A stretch of 62,007 nt of DNA. Origin: Acidobacteriota bacterium (GTDB lineage Bacteria > Acidobacteriota > Vicinamibacteria > Vicinamibacterales > CAVVIG01). Positions 10,475 through 21,330 of this stretch are shown here, one piece after another. The notes under the pieces were generated by a model that saw nothing but the letters and a program-made list of their open reading frames with translations, was not told the DNA's origin and did not search any database. The stretch is from positions 1 to 62,007 of the forward strand of contig JADGOC010000003.1 in the NCBI GenBank assembly GCA_017883165.1. The letters are read 5' to 3'. Both the position numbers and the translations under genes were made by a program. Numbering within the stretch: the first letter of the stretch is position 1; each line of letters opens with the position of its first letter.

Positions 10475-12352
10475 GTGGTTTCTACCCGACGTGTATCTCT
10501 TGCCCTTGCCGCCGCCGTCGTTCTCTTCGTCGGTCGCCCGGTTCTCGCGCAATCGCCAGACTCCAAAATTGACCATTCTCTTCAGAGTTCGCTGCACTTC
10601 GGTGCCGCAACCCAGAAGGTCATCATTACGGTCGACGACCCGGATCTGCGCAGCAGCATCCGCCAGGCGCTCGTCGCCCACGGCGACCTGATCACGGCGG
10701 ATCATCCGCTGGTCGGCGCCTTCGCGGCGGAAGTCCACAGCGAAGACGTCGAGGTCCTCGCCCACCACAAGGGTGTCCACGCCATCTCGGCCGACGCGGC
10801 CGTCAGCGCGGGATCGGTGCCCCAGGGTCTGGCGAAGGCGCTGACCAGAACGCCGCAGGCCGGCAACGCGCGCGCCCTTCTCGGGCTGCCCCCGCTGTCG
10901 AACTCGAACGCACCCAGGGGTGAAGGGATCGGCGTCGCGCTCATCGACTCCGGCATCTCGCCGACAGCCGATGTCAGGGTCTCGGCCTTCTTCGACTTCA
11001 CTCGCGGCGGCATTCCGGTGCCGCCCTTCGACGACTACGGCCACGGCACATTTATCGCCGGGCTGATCGGCAGCAGCGGCGTGATCTCGGACGGACAGTT
11101 TCCCGGCATCGCGCCGGACGTCACGTTTGTCGGCCTCAAGGTGCTCGACAAGACGGGCCAGGGCACGACGAGCGACGTCATCAAGGCGATCGAATACGTG
11201 ACGGCCAACCGAGCGAGGCTGCACGTGCAGATCATCAACCTCTCGCTTGGCCACCCGATTTTCGCGAAGGCAGCCGACGATCCGCTCGTGCAGGCGGTGG
11301 AGCAGGCGTCGGCGACGGGCCTCATCGTCGTCGTCGCGGGCGGCAACAACGGACAGAATCAGACGACGGGCCTTGTCGGCTATGCCGGCATCAACTCGCC
11401 CGGCAATTCCCGGTCGGCGGTCACCGTTGGCGCCGTCACCACGCACAATACGCTGACGCTCGACGACGACCGCGTGGCCGACTACAGCTCGCGCGGGCCG
11501 ACGTGGTACGACGGCATCGCCAAGCCCGACGTCGTCGCGGCTGGGACGATGCTCATCTCCGACACCAACGTCAATTCGTTCCTGTACAAGAAGCTGCGCA
11601 GCAGCCACGTCACGTCCAGGAACGGCCATCAGTTCCTGGAGCTGAGCGGCACGAGCATGGCGACCGGCGTGACGACGGGCATCGTCGCGCTGATGCTTGA
11701 ATCGAACGAGCACGCTGGCTACCGCGATGGCAGAGCGATGACGGCCAACCTGGCGAAGGCGATTCTGCAGTACACGGCGATTCCGCTGCACGATGACAAG
11801 GGCGTCGTCTACGACGTGCTGACGCAGGGCACGGGCGAAGCGAACGCGCTCGGCGCTATTGCGCTCTCGAACGCCATCGACACGTCAGCGCGCCCCGGGT
11901 CGTGGTGGCTGCGCAACTCGTTGCCGACCTACACCGTGATCGGCCGCCAGACCTACACGTGGGCGCAGAACATCGTCTGGGGCGACAACATCGTCTGGGG
12001 CGATCTGCTGTTCCGCAACATGAAGACGTGGTCGCTCAACATCGTCTGGGGCGACAATATCGTCTGGGGCCACAACATCGTGTGGGGCGACAACATCGTT
12101 TGGAGCGATGTCGCGCACATCAAGGCGAGCAACATCGTGTGGGGCGACAACATTGTCTGGGGCGACAACATCGTCTGGGGCAGCGCCGCGGACGGCGACA
12201 ACATCGTGTGGGGCAGTCTGAACCAGGACAACATCGTCTGGGGTTCCAGCGCCAGCGACAACATCGTGTGGGGGGACACCAGCGGCGACAACATCGTGTG
12301 GGGCAGCGCGATGGCGGCCGCCCCGGCACCGCGCGTGGGAGGCCACTTCTAG
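10475..12352 (+). CDS. Secreted S8 (subtilisin-like) serine peptidase with a C-terminal NIVWG repeat tail
   Basis: Signal peptide and propeptide. Catalytic motifs IDSG, YGHGTFIAG, SGTSMAT. Also INLSLG, SSRGPT and KPDVVA. Confidence 0.93.
   Translation: MVSTRRVSLALAAAVVLFVGRPVLAQSPDSKIDHSLQSSLHFGAATQKVIITVDDPDLRSSIRQALVAHGDLITADHPLVGAFAAEVHSEDVEVLAHHKGVHAISADAAVSAGSVPQGLAKALTRTPQAGNARALLGLPPLSNSNAPRGEGIGVALIDSGISPTADVRVSAFFDFTRGGIPVPPFDDYGHGTFIAGLIGSSGVISDGQFPGIAPDVTFVGLKVLDKTGQGTTSDVIKAIEYVTANRARLHVQIINLSLGHPIFAKAADDPLVQAVEQASATGLIVVVAGGNNGQNQTTGLVGYAGINSPGNSRSAVTVGAVTTHNTLTLDDDRVADYSSRGPTWYDGIAKPDVVAAGTMLISDTNVNSFLYKKLRSSHVTSRNGHQFLELSGTSMATGVTTGIVALMLESNEHAGYRDGRAMTANLAKAILQYTAIPLHDDKGVVYDVLTQGTGEANALGAIALSNAIDTSARPGSWWLRNSLPTYTVIGRQTYTWAQNIVWGDNIVWGDLLFRNMKTWSLNIVWGDNIVWGHNIVWGDNIVWSDVAHIKASNIVWGDNIVWGDNIVWGSAADGDNIVWGSLNQDNIVWGSSASDNIVWGDTSGDNIVWGSAMAAAPAPRVGGHF
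11969..12304 (+). repeat. Coding repeat: 13 copies of NIVW(G/S)
   Basis: Counted in the translation. DNA units vary at synonymous positions (aac/aat, atc/att, gtc/gtg/gtt). Confidence 0.95.
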
Positions 12353-13011
12353 TGGAGAAGATGCCCTACCAGCCGCATCTCGACCGGACGCCGATGGCGA
12401 TGCCGTCGGCCGACCGGCCGACCAGTAGCGATTGGCGCGACGGCCTGCCGCTGCTCGCCGGGTCGCTCGTGACGCTGCGCGAGCTCCGCGAGACCGACGC
12501 GCAGGCGCTCTTCGCGATGCTCTCGACCGAAGAGGTGTCGCGCTTCATCTCGCCGCCTCCGTCGACCGTCGAGGGGTTCGAACGCTTCATCGCGTGGACG
12601 CATCGTCAGCGCGCCGCCGGACAATATGTGTGCTTCGCGGTGGTGCCCCACGGCTCCGACATGGCGATCGGCCTCTTCCAGGTCCGTTCGCTCGAGCCTG
12701 GTTTCGGCACCGCCGAGTGGGGCTTCGCGCTCGGCGCTGATTTCTGGGGAACGGGCCTGTTCGTCGACGGCGCCAAGCTCGTGCTCGACTTCGCGTTCGA
12801 CGTCGTTGGCGCGCACCGATTGGAAGCGCGCGCGGCGGTCCGGAACGGACGCGGCAACGGCGCGCTGCGGAAGATTGGCGCCAGGCAGGAAGGCGTGCTG
12901 CGCCGGTCGTTTCTCCGCAACGGCGAATACCTCGATCAGACGCTGTGGTCGGTCCTCGCCCAGGACTGGCGCGACGCCAAGTCGGTGTGGGGCTCCGGCA
13001 TCGTTCACTAG
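12352..13011 (+). CDS. GNAT family N-acetyltransferase (RimJ/RimL-like)
   Basis: VTLRELRETD, AEWGFALGADFWGTGL, NGRGNGALRKIG..EGVLR. GTG 12352 overlaps the S8 stop; alternative start ATG 12361. Confidence 0.9.
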   Translation: MEKMPYQPHLDRTPMAMPSADRPTSSDWRDGLPLLAGSLVTLRELRETDAQALFAMLSTEEVSRFISPPPSTVEGFERFIAWTHRQRAAGQYVCFAVVPHGSDMAIGLFQVRSLEPGFGTAEWGFALGADFWGTGLFVDGAKLVLDFAFDVVGAHRLEARAAVRNGRGNGALRKIGARQEGVLRRSFLRNGEYLDQTLWSVLAQDWRDAKSVWGSGIVH

Positions 13012-13018
13012 ACCGTAC

Positions 13019-13041
13019 GTAGTGTCCGCCTTCAGGCGGAC
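13019..13041 (+). repeat. GTAG-type REP-like palindrome
   Basis: GTAG-T-GTCCGCCT-TC-AGGCGGAC. Confidence 0.7.
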
Positions 13042-13067
13042 CGTTCTGACTTACCATCAAGGCGGAC

Positions 13068-14135
13068 ATGGACGTCCGCGCCTTCGATTTCGATCTCCCA
13101 CCAGAACTCATCGCTCAGGAACCGGCGTCTGACCGCGGTGCCGCGCGTCTGCTGTGTCTCGACCGCGAGACCGGCGCGACGAGCCACGCGGCCGTCACGT
13201 CGCTTCCCGAGCGGCTCACGCCGGGCGATCTCGTCGTCGTCAACGACACGCGCGTGTTTCCGGCGCGCCTCCTCGGCCGCCGCGTGCCGAGCGGCGGAGC
13301 CGTCGAGTGCCTGCTCATCAACCGCCTTCACCCGACTGGCGTGGACGAAGCCCGCTGGGAAGCGCTGATGCACCCGGGACAGAAGCTGCGCGAAGGCGCG
13401 GAGGTCATCTTCGAAGGCTCGGCCGCGCAGCCGACAGTCCACGGGGAAGTGCTCGAGCGGCGGTTTCACGGCCGCCGCGTCATCCGTCTGTGGACCAGCG
13501 ACGGATCGCCGGTGGACGACGCGGTTGATGCCATCGGCCACGTTCCGCTGCCGCCCTATATCAAACGCGCCGATCGCCCGGACGATCGCGACCGGTATCA
13601 GACCGTCTTTGCGCGAGCGCGTGGATCCGTGGCGGCGCCGACGGCAGGGCTGCACTTCACCCGTGCGCTGGTCGAGGCGCTCGGCGATCGCGGGGTGGAG
13701 ATGGCGCAGATCACGCTCCACGTCGGCTACGGCACCTTTCAGCCGGTCCGGACCGAGCGCGTCGAGGATCATCGGCTGGAGCCGGAGCACTACGAGATCG
13801 GCGAGACGGCGGCGGCCGCGATTAACCGCGCGCTCGACGGCGGCCGTCGCGTGATCGCGGTCGGCACGACGACGACGCGGACGCTGGAAGCGGTGGCGGG
13901 AGCGCACGGCGGCCGGATCGTCGCCGGCGAAGGCGCCACGGATCTGTTCATCTTTCCGGGCTTCGAATTCCGAGTGATCCGCGGCCTGCTGACCAATTTC
14001 CATTTGCCGCGATCGTCGCTTCTGATGCTCGTGTCCGCGTTCGCGGGGCGCGAGCACGTGCTGCAGGCGTATCGGGAAGCCATCGAGCGGGGGTATCGCT
14101 TCTACAGCTACGGCGACGCGATGCTCGTGCTCTAG
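13068..14135 (+). CDS. queA: tRNA preQ1(34) SAM ribosyltransferase-isomerase QueA
   Basis: FDFDLPPELIAQEP, PLPPYI, YQTVFA, SVAAPTAGLHF, TNFHLP, FYSYGDAM. Confidence 0.98.
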   Translation: MDVRAFDFDLPPELIAQEPASDRGAARLLCLDRETGATSHAAVTSLPERLTPGDLVVVNDTRVFPARLLGRRVPSGGAVECLLINRLHPTGVDEARWEALMHPGQKLREGAEVIFEGSAAQPTVHGEVLERRFHGRRVIRLWTSDGSPVDDAVDAIGHVPLPPYIKRADRPDDRDRYQTVFARARGSVAAPTAGLHFTRALVEALGDRGVEMAQITLHVGYGTFQPVRTERVEDHRLEPEHYEIGETAAAAINRALDGGRRVIAVGTTTTRTLEAVAGAHGGRIVAGEGATDLFIFPGFEFRVIRGLLTNFHLPRSSLLMLVSAFAGREHVLQAYREAIERGYRFYSYGDAMLVL

Positions 14136-14137
14136 GA

Positions 14138-14167
14138 TCTTCGTGTTCTTCGTGTCTTCGTGATAAA
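14138..14167. repeat. CTTCGTG short tandem array, 3 units
   Basis: tcttcgtg ttcttcgtg tcttcgtg ataaa. Same family as 4447-4481. Confidence 0.75.
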
Positions 14168-14178
14168 CAAGCGCTGGT

Positions 14179-15132
14179 ATGAGCTTCCCCTACGAAGAAT
14201 TCGACCTCTCCGGCGTGACGACGTATCCGCTCAAATCGCGGGCGAGCAAGGCGAGGGCGGAGGATTTCGGCCGGCCGCACGAGCCGGGCACCGGCATCGG
14301 GCCGTTCGTGGACGCCCTGCCGAACATCCTGGCGGCCGCCGATTTCAAGACGGTCGTCCGCGCGATGGTCGATGCGAAACGCGCGGGCGGCGGCGTGCTG
14401 TGGGGCCTGGGTGCGCACGTCATCAAGACGGGGCTGGGGCCGGTCGTGATCGACTTGATGGAGCGCGGCTTCGTGTCCGCGATCGCGACCAACGGCGCCG
14501 CGGTGATTCACGACTTCGAGATCGCGCTGGTCGGCGCGACCTCGGAAGATGTCGATGAAGCGCTCGGCCCCGGCCGTTTCGGCATGGCCGATGAAACCGG
14601 CCGGCTGTTGAACGGCGCGATCGTCGCTGGAGTCGGCGCAGGCCTCGGCCTGGGCCAGTCGGTCGGCCGCTTTCTGTCCGCGAAGCAGCCGCAGTTTGCG
14701 CGCGCCAGCCTGCTCGCCGCCGCGGCGCGGCTCGACGTCCCGGTGACGGTTCACGTCGCCATCGGCACCGACATCATTCACATGCATCCGGCCGCCTCGG
14801 GCGCGGCGATCGGCGAGGGCAGCCTGCGCGACTTCCGGTACTTCGTGTCGAACGTCGCGCGGCTCGAGCACGGTGTGTACCTCAATTGCGGATCCGCGGT
14901 GATCTTGCCGGAGGTGTTTCTCAAGGCGGTGGCGCTCGCACGCAACCGCGGCGTCGCGTTCGCCGGTCTGACGACGGTGAACCTCGACTTTGTGCGGACG
15001 TACCGGGCGCTCACCAACGTCGTTGCCCGCCCGACGGCCGTCAGCGGCCGCGGGTATTCGATCGTCGGCCATCACGAAATCATGATTCCCCTGCTGGCCG
15101 CCGCGGTGATTGAGCTCGACCGATCCCTGTAA
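14179..15132 (+). CDS. Conserved protein with a deoxyhypusine-synthase-like fold
   Basis: GLGAHVIKTGL, AIATNGA..IHDFE, HVAIGTDIIH, GSAVILPEVFLKA and GHHEIMIPLL resemble DHS-like proteins. Confidence 0.65.
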   Translation: MSFPYEEFDLSGVTTYPLKSRASKARAEDFGRPHEPGTGIGPFVDALPNILAAADFKTVVRAMVDAKRAGGGVLWGLGAHVIKTGLGPVVIDLMERGFVSAIATNGAAVIHDFEIALVGATSEDVDEALGPGRFGMADETGRLLNGAIVAGVGAGLGLGQSVGRFLSAKQPQFARASLLAAAARLDVPVTVHVAIGTDIIHMHPAASGAAIGEGSLRDFRYFVSNVARLEHGVYLNCGSAVILPEVFLKAVALARNRGVAFAGLTTVNLDFVRTYRALTNVVARPTAVSGRGYSIVGHHEIMIPLLAAAVIELDRSL

Positions 15133-15151
15133 TACAATAATCAGTTCCTGC

Positions 15152-15228
15152 GCCGGAGTAGCTCAGTTGGTGAGAGCACGCGTCTCATAAGCGCGGGGTC
15201 GACGGTTCGAATCCGTCCTCCGGCACCA
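15152..15228 (+). tRNA. tRNA with CAT anticodon (elongator Met more likely than Ile2; not initiator)
   Basis: Cloverleaf: acceptor stem GCCGGAG/CTCCGGC, anticodon loop CTCATAA, T loop GGTTCGAATCC, encoded CCA. G1-C72 is paired, so it is not tRNA-fMet. Confidence 0.95.
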
Positions 15229-15234
15229 CTCATC

Positions 15235-15321
15235 GGGCAGGAAGGGCCGGACGGGCAGGACGGGCAGGACGGTTCCGCGTTCGACCCTCCAGCCTATCCA
15301 GCCGTTCCAGCCTTTCCCGCC
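15235..15321. repeat. Inverted arrays of 9-mers (GGGCAGGAC x4 / NNTCCAGCC x4)
   Basis: Seen directly. Related element at 53683-53733. Confidence 0.75.
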
Positions 15322-15327
15322 ATAGAT

Positions 15328-16704
15328 ATGTCGCTGATTGACCTCGTCCGGCGGACGATTCGGAAGCATGATCTCGTCCGGCGCGACACGCGCGTCGTGG
15401 TCGCGTTGTCGGGCGGGTCCGACTCGGTGGCGCTCGCCCATCTCACGCGCGAGCTCGACGCGGCCGGCGACCTGACGGCGGCTGGCGCCGCGCACTTCAA
15501 CCATCAACTGCGTCCCACCGCCGATCGCGACGAGCGGTTGTGCGCGGAGCTCGCGCGCTCCTTCGGCTGGCCGATCGTGATCGATCGGGCGGACGTGGGC
15601 GCGCTCGCGCGCAGCCAGCGGCGATCGCTTGAGGACGCCGCGCGCACGGCGCGCCACGCGTTCTTCGCGCGTGCGCGCGTGGAGCTGGGCGCCGATGTCG
15701 TCGCGCTTGGACACACGCGCGACGATCAGGCCGAGACCTTTCTGCTTCGCCTGCTGCGCGGTGCCGGGTCGCGCGGCCTCGCGGCGATGCACCCGCGCAA
15801 CGGCGCCATCGTCCGGCCGCTCCTCGAGTGCCGCCGCCGCGACCTTCGCGCGTATCTCGACGAGCGGCGCGCCGCTTACGTCGAGGACGAGTCGAACGCC
15901 GACGTCAGCATTCCCCGCAACCGCGTGCGCGCCGAGCTCGTGCCGCTGCTCGAAGATCGGTTCAATCCCGCGATCGTCGACACCCTTGCCGACCAGGCCG
16001 AGCTCGCGAGGGATGAATGGCGGTGGATGGAGGAGGCGGCAGGGGCGATCACCGAGCTCGACCGTGCCGCACTGCTCGCGGCGCCGCTCGCGCTTCGGCG
16101 TCTCGTGGTGTGGCGGGCGATGACCGACGCGGCCGGCGGCCGTCCGGTCGCCTTCGATCACGTGCAGGCGGCGCTCGCGTTGCTCGAGCCGGGCGGGGCG
16201 GCACCCGGCATCGACGCGCCGGGGCACCGCGTGGACCTTGTTGGCTCGCGGCTCGTCTTAACAGGTAGGGGCGCCGGCGCGGTGGGACGGCCCGCCGCGA
16301 AGGTCGCGAACTTTTTCAGATATCCGCTGTCTATTCCAGGTGAGGTGCGGCTCGCGGAAGCCGGCTGCCTGGTGACGGCGGAACGCGGTCCGGCCGGGCT
16401 CGCGACGCCTGCCGGCCGCGACCCCGCGGTTGCCATTGTGCGCAGTGATGTGTGCCGCGGGCCGCTGGCCGTGCGCAACCGCCGGCCGGGCGACCGCTTC
16501 CATCCGGTCGGGTTGGGCGGCCAGAAGAAGCTGCAGGACTTTTTCGTCGATCGGAAAGTCGTTCGCGGCACGCGCGACGCGGTGCCGCTCGTCGTGGATG
16601 AGACCGATCGGATTGTGTGGGTGGCGGGTTATGGTATTGACGCCGAGTTTCGGGTAACAGACCCCACGCAAGCCGTGCTAATCTTGAGACTTAAGCAGGT
16701 CTAG
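15328..16704 (+). CDS. tilS: tRNA(Ile)-lysidine synthetase
   Basis: PP-loop [32 protein letters not shown], and C-terminal [12 protein letters not shown] domain. Confidence 0.96.
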   Translation: MSLIDLVRRTIRKHDLVRRDTRVVVALSGGSDSVALAHLTRELDAAGDLTAAGAAHFNHQLRPTADRDERLCAELARSFGWPIVIDRADVGALARSQRRSLEDAARTARHAFFARARVELGADVVALGHTRDDQAETFLLRLLRGAGSRGLAAMHPRNGAIVRPLLECRRRDLRAYLDERRAAYVEDESNADVSIPRNRVRAELVPLLEDRFNPAIVDTLADQAELARDEWRWMEEAAGAITELDRAALLAAPLALRRLVVWRAMTDAAGGRPVAFDHVQAALALLEPGGAAPGIDAPGHRVDLVGSRLVLTGRGAGAVGRPAAKVANFFRYPLSIPGEVRLAEAGCLVTAERGPAGLATPAGRDPAVAIVRSDVCRGPLAVRNRRPGDRFHPVGLGGQKKLQDFFVDRKVVRGTRDAVPLVVDETDRIVWVAGYGIDAEFRVTDPTQAVLILRLKQV

Positions 16705-16736
16705 CGGACCTGTCAACGTGCCTGTGGAGGCCTTGT

Positions 16737-18653
<1,917 letters not shown>

Positions 18654-18725
18654 ACTCCCGCGCGCCGCGTCTACACCGTCCCGCTTCCACGCAACGGAGC
18701 GCTCCATCTCGGCGGGCGCTGCCTG

Positions 18726-19523
18726 GTGATGGGCGTCGTCAACGTGACGCCCGACTCCTTTGGCGACGCCTCTCACCTCACCGACCCGTCTCGGGCGATT
18801 GACGCGGCGCTGCGCATGGAAGCCGACGGCGCCGACCTCGTCGACATCGGCGGCGAGTCCACCCGGCCGGGCGCCGAGCCGGTGTCGGCTGGCGACGAGC
18901 TGGCGCGTGTGCTCCCGGTCGTGCGCGGTCTCGCCGGCCGCCTGAAGATTCCCGTGTCGATCGACACATACAAGGCCGACGTGGCGCGCGCGGCGATTGA
19001 GGCCGGTGCCGCCATCGTCAACGACGTGAGTGGGTTACGTTATGATCCGGCGCTGGCTGGCGTCGTCGCCCGCCTCGGTGCCGCGCTCATCGTGATGCAC
19101 ACCCGCGGCCGCTCCAAGACGATGTACGCCGAAGCGGTGTACGACGACTTGATCGGCGAGATCGCGGCCGAGCTCGGCGTGAGCCTGAGGGTCGCCGCCG
19201 AGGCCGGGGTGCCGCTCGACCGCGTGATCGTCGACCCGGGAATCGGGTTTGCCAAACAGGCAGCGCACAGCTATGGTGTGCTGGCCAGGCTCCCGCAGCT
19301 GGCCGCGCTCATCGACAGGCCGATTCTCGTCGGGCCATCGCGCAAATCGTTCATGCGCGCCGCGATCGGCGAGCGTCCGGCGCCCGAGCGCGACTGGGGC
19401 ACTGCGGCGGCGGTGACCGCCGCCGTCCTGGCCGGCGCGCACATCGTGCGCGTGCACGCCGTCGCCGAGATGGTGCAAGTGGTGCGCACCGCCGATCGCA
19501 TTCATGACGCGGCTGGGGATTAA
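18726..19523 (+). CDS. folP: Dihydropteroate synthase (start uncertain)
   Basis: MGVVNVTPDSF, DIGGESTRPG, SIDTY, DPGIGF, SRKSF, RVH. Follows ftsH. Confidence 0.95.
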   Translation: MMGVVNVTPDSFGDASHLTDPSRAIDAALRMEADGADLVDIGGESTRPGAEPVSAGDELARVLPVVRGLAGRLKIPVSIDTYKADVARAAIEAGAAIVNDVSGLRYDPALAGVVARLGAALIVMHTRGRSKTMYAEAVYDDLIGEIAAELGVSLRVAAEAGVPLDRVIVDPGIGFAKQAAHSYGVLARLPQLAALIDRPILVGPSRKSFMRAAIGERPAPERDWGTAAAVTAAVLAGAHIVRVHAVAEMVQVVRTADRIHDAAGD

Positions 19524-19548
19524 CGACTGACGACTGACGATTGATGAC
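19521..19548. repeat. Heptamer repeat (TGACGAC-like) x4
   Basis: taacgac tgacgac tgacgat tgatgac at the folP/cdaA junction. Confidence 0.65.
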
Positions 19549-20359
19549 CTGGCTGACCGCCTTTCTTCGCCGTCCTCCCATCGACTGGTGGGATCTCGTC
19601 GACATCCTCGTGGTGTCGGTGCTGATCTACGAGCTGCTCAAACTGATCCGCGGCACCCGCGCCGTGCAGATGGCGCTCGGCGGCGGCGTGCTCGTGGCGC
19701 TTTTTTACGGATCGCGGTGGGAGCACCTCGAGACGGTCAACTGGCTGATCCGCAACATGGTCGGCTATCTCGTCTTCGCGGTCATCGTGCTCTTCCAGTC
19801 CGACATCCGCCGCGCGCTCGCGCACCTGGGCCGCGCACCGTTCTTCCGGTATTTCGCCAAGCCGGAGTCCGCTGAGGAATCCATCGAGGAACTGGTCGTG
19901 GCCGCGAGCATGTTGTCGTCGCAGCGCATCGGCGCCATCATCGCCCTCGAGCGCCAGATCGGCTTGCGCAACTACATCGAAGGAGGCATTCCGCTCGACG
20001 CCTTGTTGACGTACGATCTGCTGTTGAGCATTTTTCAACCCTCGTCGCCGCTCCATGACGGCGCGGTCATCGTGCAGGATGATCGCGTGGCGGCCGCAGC
20101 CTGTTTTCTGCCGCTGACGGTCAACCCGAGGCTCAGCAAGGAGCTCGGATCGCGGCATCGGGCGGCGATCGGTCTCACGGAAGAAAATGATTCGGTCGCG
20201 ATCGTGATTTCGGAGGAATCCGGAATCGTGTCGGTCGTGGCCGACGGCCAGATCGAGCGCGGCCTCGACGCCGACGGGCTGCGCGCGCGGCTGCGATCGC
20301 TCGTGCTGCAACGCCGTGCCGCCGGTCCCAAGCGGGATTCGCGTCTCTCGTACACGTGA
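19541..20359 (+). CDS. cdaA: Diadenylate cyclase CdaA (DacA)
   Basis: Three N-terminal TM helices, PLHDGAV (DGA motif) and GSRHRAAIG (RHR motif). Part of cdaA-cdaR-glmM. Confidence 0.95.
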   Translation: MMTWLTAFLRRPPIDWWDLVDILVVSVLIYELLKLIRGTRAVQMALGGGVLVALFYGSRWEHLETVNWLIRNMVGYLVFAVIVLFQSDIRRALAHLGRAPFFRYFAKPESAEESIEELVVAASMLSSQRIGAIIALERQIGLRNYIEGGIPLDALLTYDLLLSIFQPSSPLHDGAVIVQDDRVAAAACFLPLTVNPRLSKELGSRHRAAIGLTEENDSVAIVISEESGIVSVVADGQIERGLDADGLRARLRSLVLQRRAAGPKRDSRLSYT

Positions 20360-20366
20360 CACGGTC

Positions 20367-20399
20367 AGCGTTGACTGAGCGAAAAGTCGCTGAAGCCAA
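20367..20399 (+). repeat. 5' fragment of the dispersed structured repeat
   Basis: AGCGTTGACTGAGCGAAAAGTCGCTGAAGCCAA is nearly identical to 25230-25262. Confidence 0.8.
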
Positions 20400-20406
20400 A
20401 GCAAAG

Positions 20407-21330
20407 ATGACCATTTGGCCGTTTCGTCATTTCGGACTCAAGCTGCTGTCGCTCGGCCTCGCGCTGTCCCTGTGGATGGTCGTGTCCGGCGAAGAGACCG
20501 TCGAGCGCGGCCTCCGCGTGCCGCTCGAGCTCCAGCAGTTTCCCGCGGGCCTGGAGCTGCAGGGCGAGCCGGCGTCGACCATTGATGTCCGCGTGCGCGG
20601 ATCCTCGGGGGCGCTCGCGCGCATTTCGCCGGGCGACATCGTCGCCGTCCTCGACTTGCGCGGCGCGCACGTCGGCAACCGGCTGTTTCATCTGACGCCC
20701 GATCAGGTGCGCGCCCCGTTCGGGATCGAGGTCGTGCAAATCAACCCCGGCACGATCACGATAGCGTTCGAACATTCGAAAACGGGAACCGTCCGGGTCC
20801 GTCCGGCGATCGACGGAAAGCCGGCGCCGGGCTATGCCGTCGGCGCCTGGTACGCCGATCCCGCCAGCGTCGAGGTGGTCGGACCCGAGAGCGCGGTCGA
20901 TCGAGCGACGGAAGCGCTGACCGAACCGGTGTCGGTCGCCGGCGCCAACGCGCCGGTCACCGACAACGTCACCGTCGGCCTGCTCGATCCCGCGCTGCGT
21001 CTCAAGAGCGCGCGCTCGGCCAGGGTCACTGTTGAAATCGTCCCGGCTCCGATCGAGCGGACGCTTCGCGATCTGCCCGTGCACTTGCAGAACCTCGGGC
21101 GGGCGCTGGCCGCGGACGCGGTCCCCTCGGTCGTGAACGTCAGCCTGCGGGGCAGCCGCGACGGGCTCGCCAGCATCGGGGCCGACGATGTAAAGGTGTA
21201 CGTCGACGTGGAAGGCCTCGGAGCCGGGCGCTACACGCTGACGGTGCGAGCTGACGCCTCGCGTGAAGCGGGCGTCACGCGCATCGACCCGGCGACCATC
21301 CAGGTGCGCATTGCCAGTGCCAAGAACTGA
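20407..21330 (+). CDS. cdaR: CdaR (YbbR-like domain) protein
   Basis: KLLSLGLALSLW TM segment, YbbR-like repeats (IDVRVRGS, GKPAPGY, VEVVGP), position after cdaA. Confidence 0.9.
   Translation: MTIWPFRHFGLKLLSLGLALSLWMVVSGEETVERGLRVPLELQQFPAGLELQGEPASTIDVRVRGSSGALARISPGDIVAVLDLRGAHVGNRLFHLTPDQVRAPFGIEVVQINPGTITIAFEHSKTGTVRVRPAIDGKPAPGYAVGAWYADPASVEVVGPESAVDRATEALTEPVSVAGANAPVTDNVTVGLLDPALRLKSARSARVTVEIVPAPIERTLRDLPVHLQNLGRALAADAVPSVVNVSLRGSRDGLASIGADDVKVYVDVEGLGAGRYTLTVRADASREAGVTRIDPATIQVRIASAKN

Noticed and set aside
10337-11791. Long antisense or overlapping ORFs (also 595-1983, 34105-35526, 38657-40198, 40062-41717, 57052-58362, 59802-61568)
   Set aside because: Typical high-GC shadow frames of well-supported genes. 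They have Arg/Ala-rich, non-globular composition and no recognisable motifs.
11969-12304. Repeated AACATCGTCTGGGG units resembling a CRISPR array
   Set aside because: The units are short and in frame, vary synonymously, have irregular or no spacers, and no cas genes are nearby. It is a protein-coding repeat.
11902-12351. QHRLGR-repeat N-terminal extension of the GNAT ORF, or a frameshifted S8-GNAT fusion
   Set aside because: It is the alternative-frame shadow of the NIVWG repeats. The GNAT has its own RBS and start at 12352/12361, and no slippery site is evident.
15152-15330. tRNA as an integration site for an island or prophage
   Set aside because: No integrase and no duplicated tRNA 3' end were seen. 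Core genes follow directly.
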